From NCBI GenBank assembly GCA_033549025.1, contig JAWSUS010000006.1:32001-96000 (forward strand): 64,000 nucleotides of DNA. The letters run 5' to 3'. The translations under genes and the position numbers were made by a program. Of this stretch, positions 55,529 to 64,000 are shown piece after piece; position 1 is the first letter of the stretch, and each line of letters starts with the position of its first letter. The stretch is from Desulfuromonadales bacterium (GTDB lineage Bacteria; Desulfobacterota; Desulfuromonadia; Desulfuromonadales; SZUA-540). Under the pieces are notes generated by a model that worked only from the letters and a program-made list of their open reading frames with translations, searched no databases and was not told where the DNA came from.

Positions 55529-56935
55529 TCAGACCCCGCCGCCCATAACCCGGTAGAGCGTTACCTGATTGGCCTGGCGAGCCAGAAGCGCGTTGATGAG
55601 ATTCTGCTGCGCGCTGAAGAGGGCGCGCTGAGAATCAAGGACGTTGAGAAAACTGCTGATCCCTTTGCTGAAACGGGCTTCCGACAGCCGGTAGGTTGCC
55701 GCTGTCGCTTCCACCAGCGCTGTCTGTGCGGCGATCTCTTCATCAATGGTGCTCCGCTGGGCAAGTGCGTCACTGACCTCCCGAAAAGCCGCCTGAATGG
55801 CGCCTTCATACCGCGTGAGCAGAATGTCCCGATCGACCTTGGATACCGCCAGCCTGGCTCGCAAGCTGCCGGCATTGAATATGGGCAAGGTCAGTCCTGG
55901 CGCAAAAGTCCAGGCCCGAGAGTCGGAATCAAAAAGGTCGGACAACTCGGTGCTGGCCAGCCCGGCCGAGGCCGTGAGGGAAATGCGGGGGAAAAAGGCG
56001 GCCCTTGCCGCGCCGATATTGGCGTAGGCTCCCTTGAGATGGTGTTCGGCGGCCAGAATGTCGGGCCGGCGCAGCAGGACTTCCGAGGGAAGGCCAGCTG
56101 ATACAAGGTTGATGTCGACGACCTGGCTTAGGCTGTCTGGCAGCCGGTCGGTTGGCAGTTCTGTACCGGTCAGCAGTCGCAGGGCGTTTTCTCCTTCCGC
56201 CACTATGCGGGTGTACACGGCGATTTGAATTCTGGCCCCTTCGACGGTGGTGCTGGCCTGGCGCACTTCGAGTTCGGAGGCAACCCCAGCCTCGAAGCGA
56301 CGGTGGGTCAAGTCGTAGGTCGCCTGGTGGCTCTTCAGGGTTTCTTCCGCCAAGGAGAGCTGTTCGTGGGCGGCAGCCAGTCTGAGATAGCTTGCGGCCA
56401 CCTCGGAAATCAGGGAAATCTGCGCTGCGCTCCGGGCTTCCTCGCTGGCCAGATAGGCTTCGAGAGCCTGTTTTTTGAGACTGCGAAGGCGCCCGAAAAA
56501 GTCGATCTCCCAGGAGCTTAACCCCAGGTTGACATCAAATTGCTCCCATGTCCGTTCGCTGCCGGTCAAAATGCCGGGATCGTGCTGGCGTGAAAATCCG
56601 GCCCCGGCATTGACGGCCGGGAATAGCCCGGACCGCTGGATGCGGTACTGGGCACGGGCGCGTTCGATGTTGAGGGTGGCCTCACGCAGGTCACGGTTAT
56701 GTTCCAGCGCGTTGGCGATAAGGGTGCGCAGGTTCGGGTCGGTGAAGAAGGTCTGCCACGACAGGTCGGCCATCGTCTTGTCCGCTGAGAGTTCGGTCCT
56801 GCTTTGGTACGCCGCACCCTGGGGCCAATTCTGCGGTACGGGGGCCTCGGGGCGTTGGTAGTCAGGTGCCAGGGTGGCGCAGCCGGCCAAGGCGGGACCT
56901 ACGCATAACATCATAATTATAAGTAACTTTCTCAT
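55529..56935 (-). CDS. OprM-family outer membrane efflux lipoprotein
   Basis: Lipobox LAGC, WEIDFFGRLR, LLRRPDI, ARAAFFP, AFREVSDAL. Confidence 0.95.
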   Translation of the reverse strand: MRKLLIIMMLCVGPALAGCATLAPDYQRPEAPVPQNWPQGAAYQSRTELSADKTMADLSWQTFFTDPNLRTLIANALEHNRDLREATLNIERARAQYRIQRSGLFPAVNAGAGFSRQHDPGILTGSERTWEQFDVNLGLSSWEIDFFGRLRSLKKQALEAYLASEEARSAAQISLISEVAASYLRLAAAHEQLSLAEETLKSHQATYDLTHRRFEAGVASELEVRQASTTVEGARIQIAVYTRIVAEGENALRLLTGTELPTDRLPDSLSQVVDINLVSAGLPSEVLLRRPDILAAEHHLKGAYANIGAARAAFFPRISLTASAGLASTELSDLFDSDSRAWTFAPGLTLPIFNAGSLRARLAVSKVDRDILLTRYEGAIQAAFREVSDALAQRSTIDEEIAAQTALVEATAATYRLSEARFSKGISSFLNVLDSQRALFSAQQNLINALLARQANQVTLYRVMGGGV

Positions 56936-56936
56936 G

Positions 56937-59900
56937 TCAATGCCCCTTTGCTGCTTGGGCTGCAGCTGCTCTGGCCTCCGCGCGCGCCTTATCCCGCCCG
57001 AAGGTCTTTTTGATCAGTACGTAAAACAGGGGAGCGAAAATCGTCACCAGGAAGGTCGAGGTAACGACCCCGCCCAAAACTGCCGTGCCGATGGCCGTCT
57101 GCGCTCCGGCGCCGGCGCTGCTGGCCAGCGCCAGTGGTAAAACACCGAAACCGAAGGCCAGCGATGTCATGATGATGGGTCTCAGCCTGAGTTTGGAGGC
57201 TTCGAGAGTGGCTTCTATCAGGTCCATGCCGCTATCGACCCGGTCCTTGGCAAACTGGACGATGAGAATAGCGTTTTTGGTGGTCAAGCCCAGAGTCGTC
57301 AGCAAACCGATCTGGAAATATACGTCATTGGGTTTGCCGAGCAGAGTCGAGGCGATAACGCCACCGATGGCTCCTAGCGGCAGAGTCAGCAAAATGGAGA
57401 AGGGGATCGGCCAGCTTTCGTACAAGGCCGCAAGACACAGGAAAATAACCAGCACCGAAAAAGCGTACAAGAGCCCTGTTTGCGAACTGCCTTGCCGTTC
57501 CTGATAAGAGAGGCCATTCCAGTCGTAGCCAACCCCTTGCGGGAGTTTGGTCACGAAATCCTCCATTTTGGCCATGGCTTCGCCGGAACTGTATCCCTTG
57601 GCAGGTTCCCCCAGGATGTTAATGGAAGGAAAGCCGTTAAAGCGTTCCAGACGGGGACTGCCGTAACTCCAGTTGCCGGTGGCAAAAGCGCTGAATGGCA
57701 CCATCCTCCCTTTATCGTTGCGTACATAGAGTTTTTCCAAATGTTCCGGCAGCATTCGGTAAGGCGCATCGGCCTGCACATAGACCCGTTTAACCCGGCC
57801 GCGCTGAATAAAATCGTTGACGTATGCGCTGCCAAAGGCCGCGGAGATTGTGTTGTGAATGGTGTTGATGGATACGCCCTGAGCCCCGGCTTTTTCCCAG
57901 TCGACATTGACGCGGTATTCGGGTACGTCTTCCATGCCGTTGGGGCGGACCTTGGTCAGAACATCGCTCTGCGCCGCCATGCCGAGAAGCTGGTTGCGGG
58001 CCTCCATCAATTTGGCATGACCCAGCCCACCGCGGTCGATGAGCTGGAAATCGAATCCCTGAGCTTGTCCCAATTCAACTACCGCCGGTGGTGCAAAGGC
58101 AAACACCATGGCGTTGCGGATTTGAGAAAACTGGCCCATGGCTCGCCCCGCTACCGCGTCCACTTTCAGGCGCGCCTCCTCTCGCAAAGCCCAGTCTTTG
58201 AGTTGAACGAAGGCCAAACCGGCGTTCTGGCCGCGTCCGGAGAAGTTGATGCCGGAAATGGTCATGATCGATTCAACCGCATCAGCCTCATCCTGAAGGA
58301 AATAGTCCCGCACCTGATCCATGACTTCCTGGGTCTGTTCCAGTGTCGAGTTGGCCGGCAGCAACGTCTGGACCATCAGGGTTCCCTGATCCTCATCCGG
58401 AAGATAGGCGGTCGGCATGCGCTGGAAGAGAAGGCCGAGACCAACGACAATCAGCCCGAAAACCAGCATGTATCGCAGCTTTTTACGCAAGGCCTGATCG
58501 ACGATGCGAACGTAAATTGAGCGACTCTTGTAAAAGATTTTGTCAAACCAACGGAAAAAGGGCCGCAGAAACCAGATGGCATTATCCGAGGGTTCATGAC
58601 CTTTGGCGATCGGTTTGAGCATCGAAGCACAAAGAACCGGGGTCAGTACCAGGGCTACCACCACGGAAAGCATCATGGCCGAGATGATCGTCACGGAAAA
58701 CTGGCGATAGATGACCCCGGTGGAGCCGCTGAAAAAAGCCATAGGACCGAATACGGCCGAGAGCACCAGGCCTATGCCGATCAGGGCGCTTGAAATCTCG
58801 CCCATTGATTTATAGGTCGCTTCGCGCGGACCGACCCCCTCCTCGGCCATGATGCGCTCGACATTTTCGACTACGACGATGGCGTCATCCACCAGCAGGC
58901 CGATCGCGAGTACCATGGCGAACATGGTGAGCATGTTGATGGAAAACCCGAACAGGCCGAGGATGGCGAAGGTGCCGAGAATAACCACCGGCACCGCCAT
59001 GGTGGGGATGAGGGTGGCGCGGATGTTCCCCATGAAGAGATACATCACCAGAAAGACGAGCAGGATGGCTTCAAACAGCGTCTTGACCACGCTGTCGATG
59101 GCTACCTCCACGAAGGGGGTCGTGTCATAGGGATAGACCACCTTCATGCCGGGGGGGAAATAGCGACTCATGTCATCCAGCGTGCTGCGGATGGCATCGG
59201 CGGTCTCCAGGGCATTGGCCCCAGCCGCCTGGCGAATAGCGAGACCGGCAGTCGGCATTCCGTTGTAAAACGCCTCGATGTCGTAGGATTCGGTCCCCAG
59301 TTCGGTGCGTCCCACATCGCTGATATGCACAACGGAACCATCTTCATTCACCCGCAACGGAATGTCGGCAAATTCTTCCGGCGTCTGCAGCATACTCTGA
59401 ACAATAATGCTGGCATTGAGGCGCTGCCCCTCAACCGCCGGGGCACCACCGAACTGACCGGCCGAAACCTCGACGTTGTAGGAGCGAAGAGCCGTGACGA
59501 CCTCATCCACCGTCAACCGATATTCCACCAGTTTGTCGGGGTTGAGCCAGATCCGCATGGAATACTGGCTGCCGAAGACCTCGACCTCACCAACACCCGG
59601 CACCCGTGAGAGGGTCTTCTCCAGGTCGGATTGGGCATAGTCGCGCAAGTCGTTGCCGTCCATGCTGCCATCTTCGGAAATCAAGCCGACAACCAGCAGG
59701 TAGTTACGGGTCGACTTACTGACCTTGACCCCCTGGCGTTGTACGACCTCCGGTAAGCTTGCCATGGCCAACTGCAACTTGTTCTGTACCTGAGACCAGG
59801 CCATGTCGGGATCGGTTCCCGGCGCGAAGGTCAGTTCGATACGGGAAGCGCCAGCCGAGTCACTCGTGGCCGACATGTAAAGCATTCTGTCGAAACCGGT

Positions 59901-60110
59901 CATCTTCTGCTCAATGACCTGGGTGACGCTGTTTTCCACGGTTTCCGCCGAAGCCCCCGGATAAAAAGACGTAATGGCGATGGAGGGTGGCGCGATGGGC
60001 GGATACTGGGAAATAGGCAGATTGTAGATCGCCAGGCCGCCGGCCACCATCATGATGATGGCGATAACCCAGGCAAAAACCGGACGGGCAAGAAAGAATC
60101 GTGACAGCAT
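56937..60110 (-). CDS. HAE1 RND efflux transporter (AcrB/MexB family)
   Basis: [47 protein letters not shown]. Confidence 0.97.
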   Translation of the reverse strand: MLSRFFLARPVFAWVIAIIMMVAGGLAIYNLPISQYPPIAPPSIAITSFYPGASAETVENSVTQVIEQKMTGFDRMLYMSATSDSAGASRIELTFAPGTDPDMAWSQVQNKLQLAMASLPEVVQRQGVKVSKSTRNYLLVVGLISEDGSMDGNDLRDYAQSDLEKTLSRVPGVGEVEVFGSQYSMRIWLNPDKLVEYRLTVDEVVTALRSYNVEVSAGQFGGAPAVEGQRLNASIIVQSMLQTPEEFADIPLRVNEDGSVVHISDVGRTELGTESYDIEAFYNGMPTAGLAIRQAAGANALETADAIRSTLDDMSRYFPPGMKVVYPYDTTPFVEVAIDSVVKTLFEAILLVFLVMYLFMGNIRATLIPTMAVPVVILGTFAILGLFGFSINMLTMFAMVLAIGLLVDDAIVVVENVERIMAEEGVGPREATYKSMGEISSALIGIGLVLSAVFGPMAFFSGSTGVIYRQFSVTIISAMMLSVVVALVLTPVLCASMLKPIAKGHEPSDNAIWFLRPFFRWFDKIFYKSRSIYVRIVDQALRKKLRYMLVFGLIVVGLGLLFQRMPTAYLPDEDQGTLMVQTLLPANSTLEQTQEVMDQVRDYFLQDEADAVESIMTISGINFSGRGQNAGLAFVQLKDWALREEARLKVDAVAGRAMGQFSQIRNAMVFAFAPPAVVELGQAQGFDFQLIDRGGLGHAKLMEARNQLLGMAAQSDVLTKVRPNGMEDVPEYRVNVDWEKAGAQGVSINTIHNTISAAFGSAYVNDFIQRGRVKRVYVQADAPYRMLPEHLEKLYVRNDKGRMVPFSAFATGNWSYGSPRLERFNGFPSINILGEPAKGYSSGEAMAKMEDFVTKLPQGVGYDWNGLSYQERQGSSQTGLLYAFSVLVIFLCLAALYESWPIPFSILLTLPLGAIGGVIASTLLGKPNDVYFQIGLLTTLGLTTKNAILIVQFAKDRVDSGMDLIEATLEASKLRLRPIIMTSLAFGFGVLPLALASSAGAGAQTAIGTAVLGGVVTSTFLVTIFAPLFYVLIKKTFGRDKARAEARAAAAQAAKGH

Positions 60111-61324
60111 CAGACCCCTCCCTCTTTGCGGGTGGTGGACGCCTGTCCAATGGCTTCGATGACACTTTCGTCTTCATCCTGAATGAGCTCCACCTCCACC
60201 CGATCGCCGGGGCGCACTTTCTGCAAGCCTTCCACAATGAGATGTTCACCCACAGACAGGCCGGAGACAATGAGCCATTGGTCCCCTATGGCTCGCCCTA
60301 CCTCCAGTTGCCTCTGCTCCACCTTGCCCTCTTTGTTTGCCACCATAGCCACTGCCTCCCCTTTGGGATTGCGGGCTACCCCTTGCTGCGGCACCAGAAT
60401 GGCCTGGTCCATGGTTCCTTCTTTGACTACGGCTCTTACGAACATGCCGGGCAAAAGGAGGCGATCGGGGTTGGGGAAGAGCGTACGCAAAATAACCGAA
60501 CCGGTACTCGGGTCGACACTGACATCGGAAAATTGCAGGCGACCGGTATGGGGATAGGGTTCCGCTGTTTCCAGGCGCAGAGAAACCTCGGCTGACTCAG
60601 GGCCTCCGTTGGTCAATCGACCGCCGGCCAGCTTCTGTTTAAGACTGAGAAGTTCCGAAGTGGAGCGGGTGACGTCGACATAGATCGGATCCAGTTGGTG
60701 GATCACCGCCAAGGCCGCAGGCTGGTTGGCTGTCACCAGGGCGCCAACCGTTACGGCGGAGCGCCCTATATGGCCGGATATGGGAGCCTTGACTTCCGTG
60801 TAGCCGAGATTGATGCGGGCGCTTTCCAACGCGGCCCGGGCAGCTTCCACCTGTGCTTCGGCTTGACCAAGGCCTGCCTGGGTATCATCGTACTCTTGCT
60901 TGCTGACCGCATTGACATCGACCAGTTCACCGTAACGCTTTTCCCGCAAACGTATCGTTCTGAGGTCGGCTTCTGCACGAGCCAGTTCAGCCTTGGCCCG
61001 GTTGTAGGCAGCCTGGTACGTCGCCGGATCGATCAGATAGAGGAGTTGCCCGGCTTTGACGTCTTCACCTTCAGTAAAAAATCGCTGTTTGATGATGCCG
61101 GTAACCTGAGGGCGTACCTCGGCCACCTTGAAGGCCGCAGTACGCCCAGGGAGTTCTGTTGACAACGATACGCTGCGAACGCTGACATTAACGGCGCCAA
61201 CCTTGGGTGCTGCCGGGGCTGCCTGTCCGGATGACTGGGGTTCACCCGTTCGCTGGCATCCGAAAAGGGCCAGGGAGAGCGCTATGAAAAGAAAAATTCC
61301 GCATCCTGTTAATTTTTTTTGCAT
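60110..61324 (-). CDS. RND periplasmic adaptor (AcrA/MexA family lipoprotein)
   Basis: LFGC lipobox, [35 protein letters not shown]. Confidence 0.95.
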   Translation of the reverse strand: MQKKLTGCGIFLFIALSLALFGCQRTGEPQSSGQAAPAAPKVGAVNVSVRSVSLSTELPGRTAAFKVAEVRPQVTGIIKQRFFTEGEDVKAGQLLYLIDPATYQAAYNRAKAELARAEADLRTIRLREKRYGELVDVNAVSKQEYDDTQAGLGQAEAQVEAARAALESARINLGYTEVKAPISGHIGRSAVTVGALVTANQPAALAVIHQLDPIYVDVTRSTSELLSLKQKLAGGRLTNGGPESAEVSLRLETAEPYPHTGRLQFSDVSVDPSTGSVILRTLFPNPDRLLLPGMFVRAVVKEGTMDQAILVPQQGVARNPKGEAVAMVANKEGKVEQRQLEVGRAIGDQWLIVSGLSVGEHLIVEGLQKVRPGDRVEVELIQDEDESVIEAIGQASTTRKEGGV

Positions 61325-61389
61325 GAGACACCTCTGTAATGAAGATAAGCCCCGGCAGAAGCCGGTGGACGACGTGGCCTGGTTTATGA

Positions 61390-61962
61390 TTATTTGCGGA
61401 CGGCATCCCAGCAGGCGGCCACCGTCTGGTCGATCAAAGATTCATTCAACACAATAAAACCGAGATCCTGGTCCCGGATCAGGCAGATCAAGGGACCAAA
61501 AAACAGAGCGCAAAGGATTTCGATGGGTAGGGGTTTGAGCGCTTTTTCTTTCAGGGCTTCCATCAGAATGTCGTGCAGAAAGCCTGATCCTGAGGGGCCC
61601 AGCAGGCGATCTCGGCGATAGGTCACGCCGAAAGGCGAATTCTGAAATTGTTCCAAAAAGCGAAAATCCATGGGAGCCTGCTGGCAGTAATCCATAAAGA
61701 AACGGCCAATATGAAAAAAACGCTCCTGCATGAGCAGATCTGTTGGCAAATTCTTCGTCATCGCTGATTGAAACCGGTGTTCCAGGGTTTCGTACAAAGC
61801 GTGAATCAGGCTTTCTTTGCTGTGAAAGCAGCGGTAAATCGTGCCCATGGCGATCTGAGCCTGACTGGCAATGACCGACATTGGCGAATCGTGAAAACCA
61901 TGAATGGAGATAACCTCCAAGGCGGCCTGCAGGATTTTTTCCGGTCTGTCATTCGTGTGCAT
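61390..61962 (-). CDS. TetR/AcrR-family regulator 1
   Basis: ILQAAL...GF...IA..A.IA.GTIY..F.SKE HTH. Confidence 0.9.
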   Translation of the reverse strand: MHTNDRPEKILQAALEVISIHGFHDSPMSVIASQAQIAMGTIYRCFHSKESLIHALYETLEHRFQSAMTKNLPTDLLMQERFFHIGRFFMDYCQQAPMDFRFLEQFQNSPFGVTYRRDRLLGPSGSGFLHDILMEALKEKALKPLPIEILCALFFGPLICLIRDQDLGFIVLNESLIDQTVAACWDAVRK

Positions 61963-61981
61963 AAACCAAACCTTTAATTAA

Positions 61982-61997
61982 TTGACTAGTCAGTCAA
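61982..61997. promoter_or_regulatory. Putative TetR operator 1
   Basis: TTGACT-AGTC-AGTCAA inverted repeat upstream of tetR1 and the efflux operon. Confidence 0.7.
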
Positions 61998-62041
61998 AAA
62001 AAGACCGAACCATTTAGACGGTCGACAGTTTTACGGCAAGT

Positions 62042-62608
62042 TTAACTCTTCAGGGCGTCCCAGCAGGAAGAGATGGTTAACTGAACCATCTCGTCATCGA
62101 CGGGGGTACCGCGATTGGCGTGTTCTTTGGCCAGCGAAGACAGGGGGCCAAAGGCTAGCGCCTCAAGGCACAGAAGGGGGATGTTTTTAATGATGCGCTG
62201 TTCGCGAGCTTGCAGGAGCAGGGTGTGAAAGAGCTGATTTTCCTCACGAAAGCCCTGACCTTGATCGTTGAGAGGGGAATAATGATAGAGTTCAGCGAAT
62301 TTGAATTCGGCCGGGTTGGTGAGGAAATAACGCAGAAGGTTAAGCAACATGCGGTGGAGTCGTTCCTGAGTGGAGAGGTCGGCGGAAACATCTTTCAAAA
62401 CCTCAGAATCAATTCTTTCACGAATTTCTTTGAACAGAGAATGGATCAGTTCCTCTTTGCTTTTGAAATGAAAGAAAAGTGTGCCACTGGCCACACCGGC
62501 TCTTTCGGCGATGAGAGCGGTAGAGGCCCCGTTGAAACCGTTTTCGGCAAAAAGCTCCAAAGCCGCCTGGAGCAGGGCGCGACGTTTTTGTTCCTTTTTC
62601 CCTGACAT
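62042..62608 (-). CDS. TetR/AcrR-family regulator 2
   Basis: ALLQAALELFAENGF...IAERAGVASGTLFFHFKSKE; start at MSGKKEQ after GGAG. Confidence 0.92.
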   Translation of the reverse strand: MSGKKEQKRRALLQAALELFAENGFNGASTALIAERAGVASGTLFFHFKSKEELIHSLFKEIRERIDSEVLKDVSADLSTQERLHRMLLNLLRYFLTNPAEFKFAELYHYSPLNDQGQGFREENQLFHTLLLQAREQRIIKNIPLLCLEALAFGPLSSLAKEHANRGTPVDDEMVQLTISSCWDALKS

Positions 62609-62621
62609 AAAATCTCCAAAA

Positions 62622-62668
62622 ATGACTGACCAGTCAATTAAAATATGGACGATCAATCCTTTTGTCAA
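62622..62668 (-). promoter_or_regulatory. tetR2 promoter plus putative operator 2
   Basis: Minus strand TTGACA-N17-TATTTT followed by TTGACTGGTCAGTCAT (62622-62637), matching operator 1. Confidence 0.7.
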
Positions 62669-62747
62669 GACAAAATTCAACTGGCCTAAAACCTTTTGAC
62701 TTCACGGTGTTCTCCATTGGCTGGAGTTTTACCCCAGCAGGAAGGCC

Positions 62748-63347
62748 TCACGGAGATGATTTCTGCATGAGGACCGTACTGAATTCATCCAGCATTCGGT
62801 TGCGGATAACTTGACAGCCGAGCCGTTCGTACTTCTGGCGAACGTCATAGTTATATTCCCAGAGCATCCCAGACAATAGAATATGAGCGCCTGGAGCCGC
62901 TTTTGGCACAAGCGCGTCAGCAACGGCGAGGAGAATGTCGCCATAGATGTTCGCCAGAATGAGGTCAAAAGATCCGGCGGCAACCTGGTCCAGAGTGCCG
63001 CACAGGTGATCAATTTTATCAACGACGCCGTTGAGATGACTGTGGTGTTGGCAGGTGGCGACCGCCGCTGGATCGATATCGACACAAAGTGCGTGGGATG
63101 CCCCGAGTTTGAGGGCCGCGATGGCCAGAATGCCGGTGCCGCTGCCCAAATCGAGCAGGGTTTTTCCGGACAGATCGGGTAGGTCCTCCAGGATTTCCAG
63201 GCAACTGGCGGTGGTTTCATGTTCGCCCGATCCGAAGGCTCCGGAAGCCATAACCAAGGGCAGACGGTCCTCCTGAACTGGGGTATCGTCAGGGGGGTGA
63301 ATACGAAAACGGTGTCCTACGGTAAAGGGGGCGTACTCGCGTCCCAT
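62748..63347 (-). CDS. Short PrmA-like SAM-dependent methyltransferase (no N-terminal substrate domain)
   Basis: AFGSGEHETTASCL, LDLGSGTGILAIAALKLGA, DIDP, ANI, LSG; about 199 aa; AAAGGA SD. Confidence 0.85.
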   Translation of the reverse strand: MGREYAPFTVGHRFRIHPPDDTPVQEDRLPLVMASGAFGSGEHETTASCLEILEDLPDLSGKTLLDLGSGTGILAIAALKLGASHALCVDIDPAAVATCQHHSHLNGVVDKIDHLCGTLDQVAAGSFDLILANIYGDILLAVADALVPKAAPGAHILLSGMLWEYNYDVRQKYERLGCQVIRNRMLDEFSTVLMQKSSP

Positions 63348-63376
63348 AAAGGAATATCCTTTCAAGGTGATCCAAT

Positions 63377-64000
63377 TCAGGTCACACAGATAAAGTCGTG
63401 CTGATCCTTGAAGCCGTTTCGATCAGCCCACTGACGGATTTGCTGCCGAGCGCCGGCGGCACCAACCGTAATGAGCATTTTGCCTTGATCCGTCCGAAGT
63501 TCTGTGGGGGCGATGACCGGGGCCCCATGGATGGTCTGGCCCACTTTGCGAGGATCGATATCCACCCAGCGTGCCACGTGAATTCCCTGGCGCAGCAGAA
63601 CCTTCCGCCAGGCTTTGCCTTCGAGCCCGGCGCCCCAGAGAGTAACCTCCCGCTGGCCCCTTAAGTAGTCCTGACAGAGATAGTGGATTTTGCAGTCCCG
63701 CATAGCGGTCAGCGTACAGTTCGCGGCCGTACGGGTCAGTCTGTCGGGGCGGTCTCGCCAGTAGAAGAGGGTGCCGGGCAGGCGCGCAAAGCGGGCACCG
63801 GCGCGGATAAGACGAAGCCAGAGATCGTAGTCTTCCGCCCAGGGCAGCGCACGATAGCCGCCCGCCTCCAGGACCGCCTGACGTCGGAACATGACGCTGG
63901 GATGGGCCAGGGGGGACTCGACGTAGCGGTCGCGCTGAATATCGTCATGCGTGAGCAGGCTGTTTTGCCAGGCCTCGTAGGTTTTCATCCCCTCCGAAAG
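63377..64000 (-). CDS. GT2 glycosyltransferase with C-terminal Rossmann-like domain (QTGAL/B3GNTL1-like); 5' part outside the window
   Basis: Frame stays open to base 64000 (LSEG before MKTY); AHPSVMFRR, AEDYDLWLR, WGAGLEGK, VDIDPRKVG. Confidence 0.85.
   Translation of the reverse strand, partial: LSEGMKTYEAWQNSLLTHDDIQRDRYVESPLAHPSVMFRRQAVLEAGGYRALPWAEDYDLWLRLIRAGARFARLPGTLFYWRDRPDRLTRTAANCTLTAMRDCKIHYLCQDYLRGQREVTLWGAGLEGKAWRKVLLRQGIHVARWVDIDPRKVGQTIHGAPVIAPTELRTDQGKMLITVGAAGARQQIRQWADRNGFKDQHDFICVT

Overview
Core-genome window from a GC-rich deltaproteobacterium; gene content and order point to Desulfuromonadales (Desulfuromonas/Geobacter-like), which is an inference. In order: gapA (partial), an orphan HAMP-PAS histidine kinase, a WalJ-like hydrolase, purSL-purQ-purF-pyrE and an HD-GYP protein. 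Then a superoperon kdsB-pyrG-kdsA-kdsD-kdsC-lptCAB-rpoN-hpf-ptsN-hprK-rapZ with a complete mannose-family PTS (IIA, IIB, IIC, IID), ptsH and ptsI. Then metK, a GT2/PaaI pair, sahR-ahcY, lptFG, rpsB(t44 leader)-tsf-pyrH-frr, a 54-aa ferredoxin absent from the ORF track, a REC-kinase, a flavoprotein-yhaM-MBL-coaBC operon, a Zn-PLC-fold protein, udg, fetAB, a sigma54 regulator, nfeD-SPFH and pyc. The right end holds an RND efflux operon with twin TetR genes, a short PrmA-like methyltransferase and a truncated GT2. I saw no tRNA, rRNA, CRISPR array, IS, integrase or prophage gene. The most interesting signal is the right-end GT2, whose motifs line up with my recollection of eukaryotic QTGAL/B3GNTL1 (queuosine-tRNA galactosyltransferase) and which sits next to a PrmA-like methyltransferase lacking its N-terminal domain. 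Other leads: a possible fourth small-membrane-protein gene in the RND operon, one operator shared by both tetR genes, tandem SahR-like boxes and several apparently leaderless envelope genes. All family calls come from motif recognition, not database searches.
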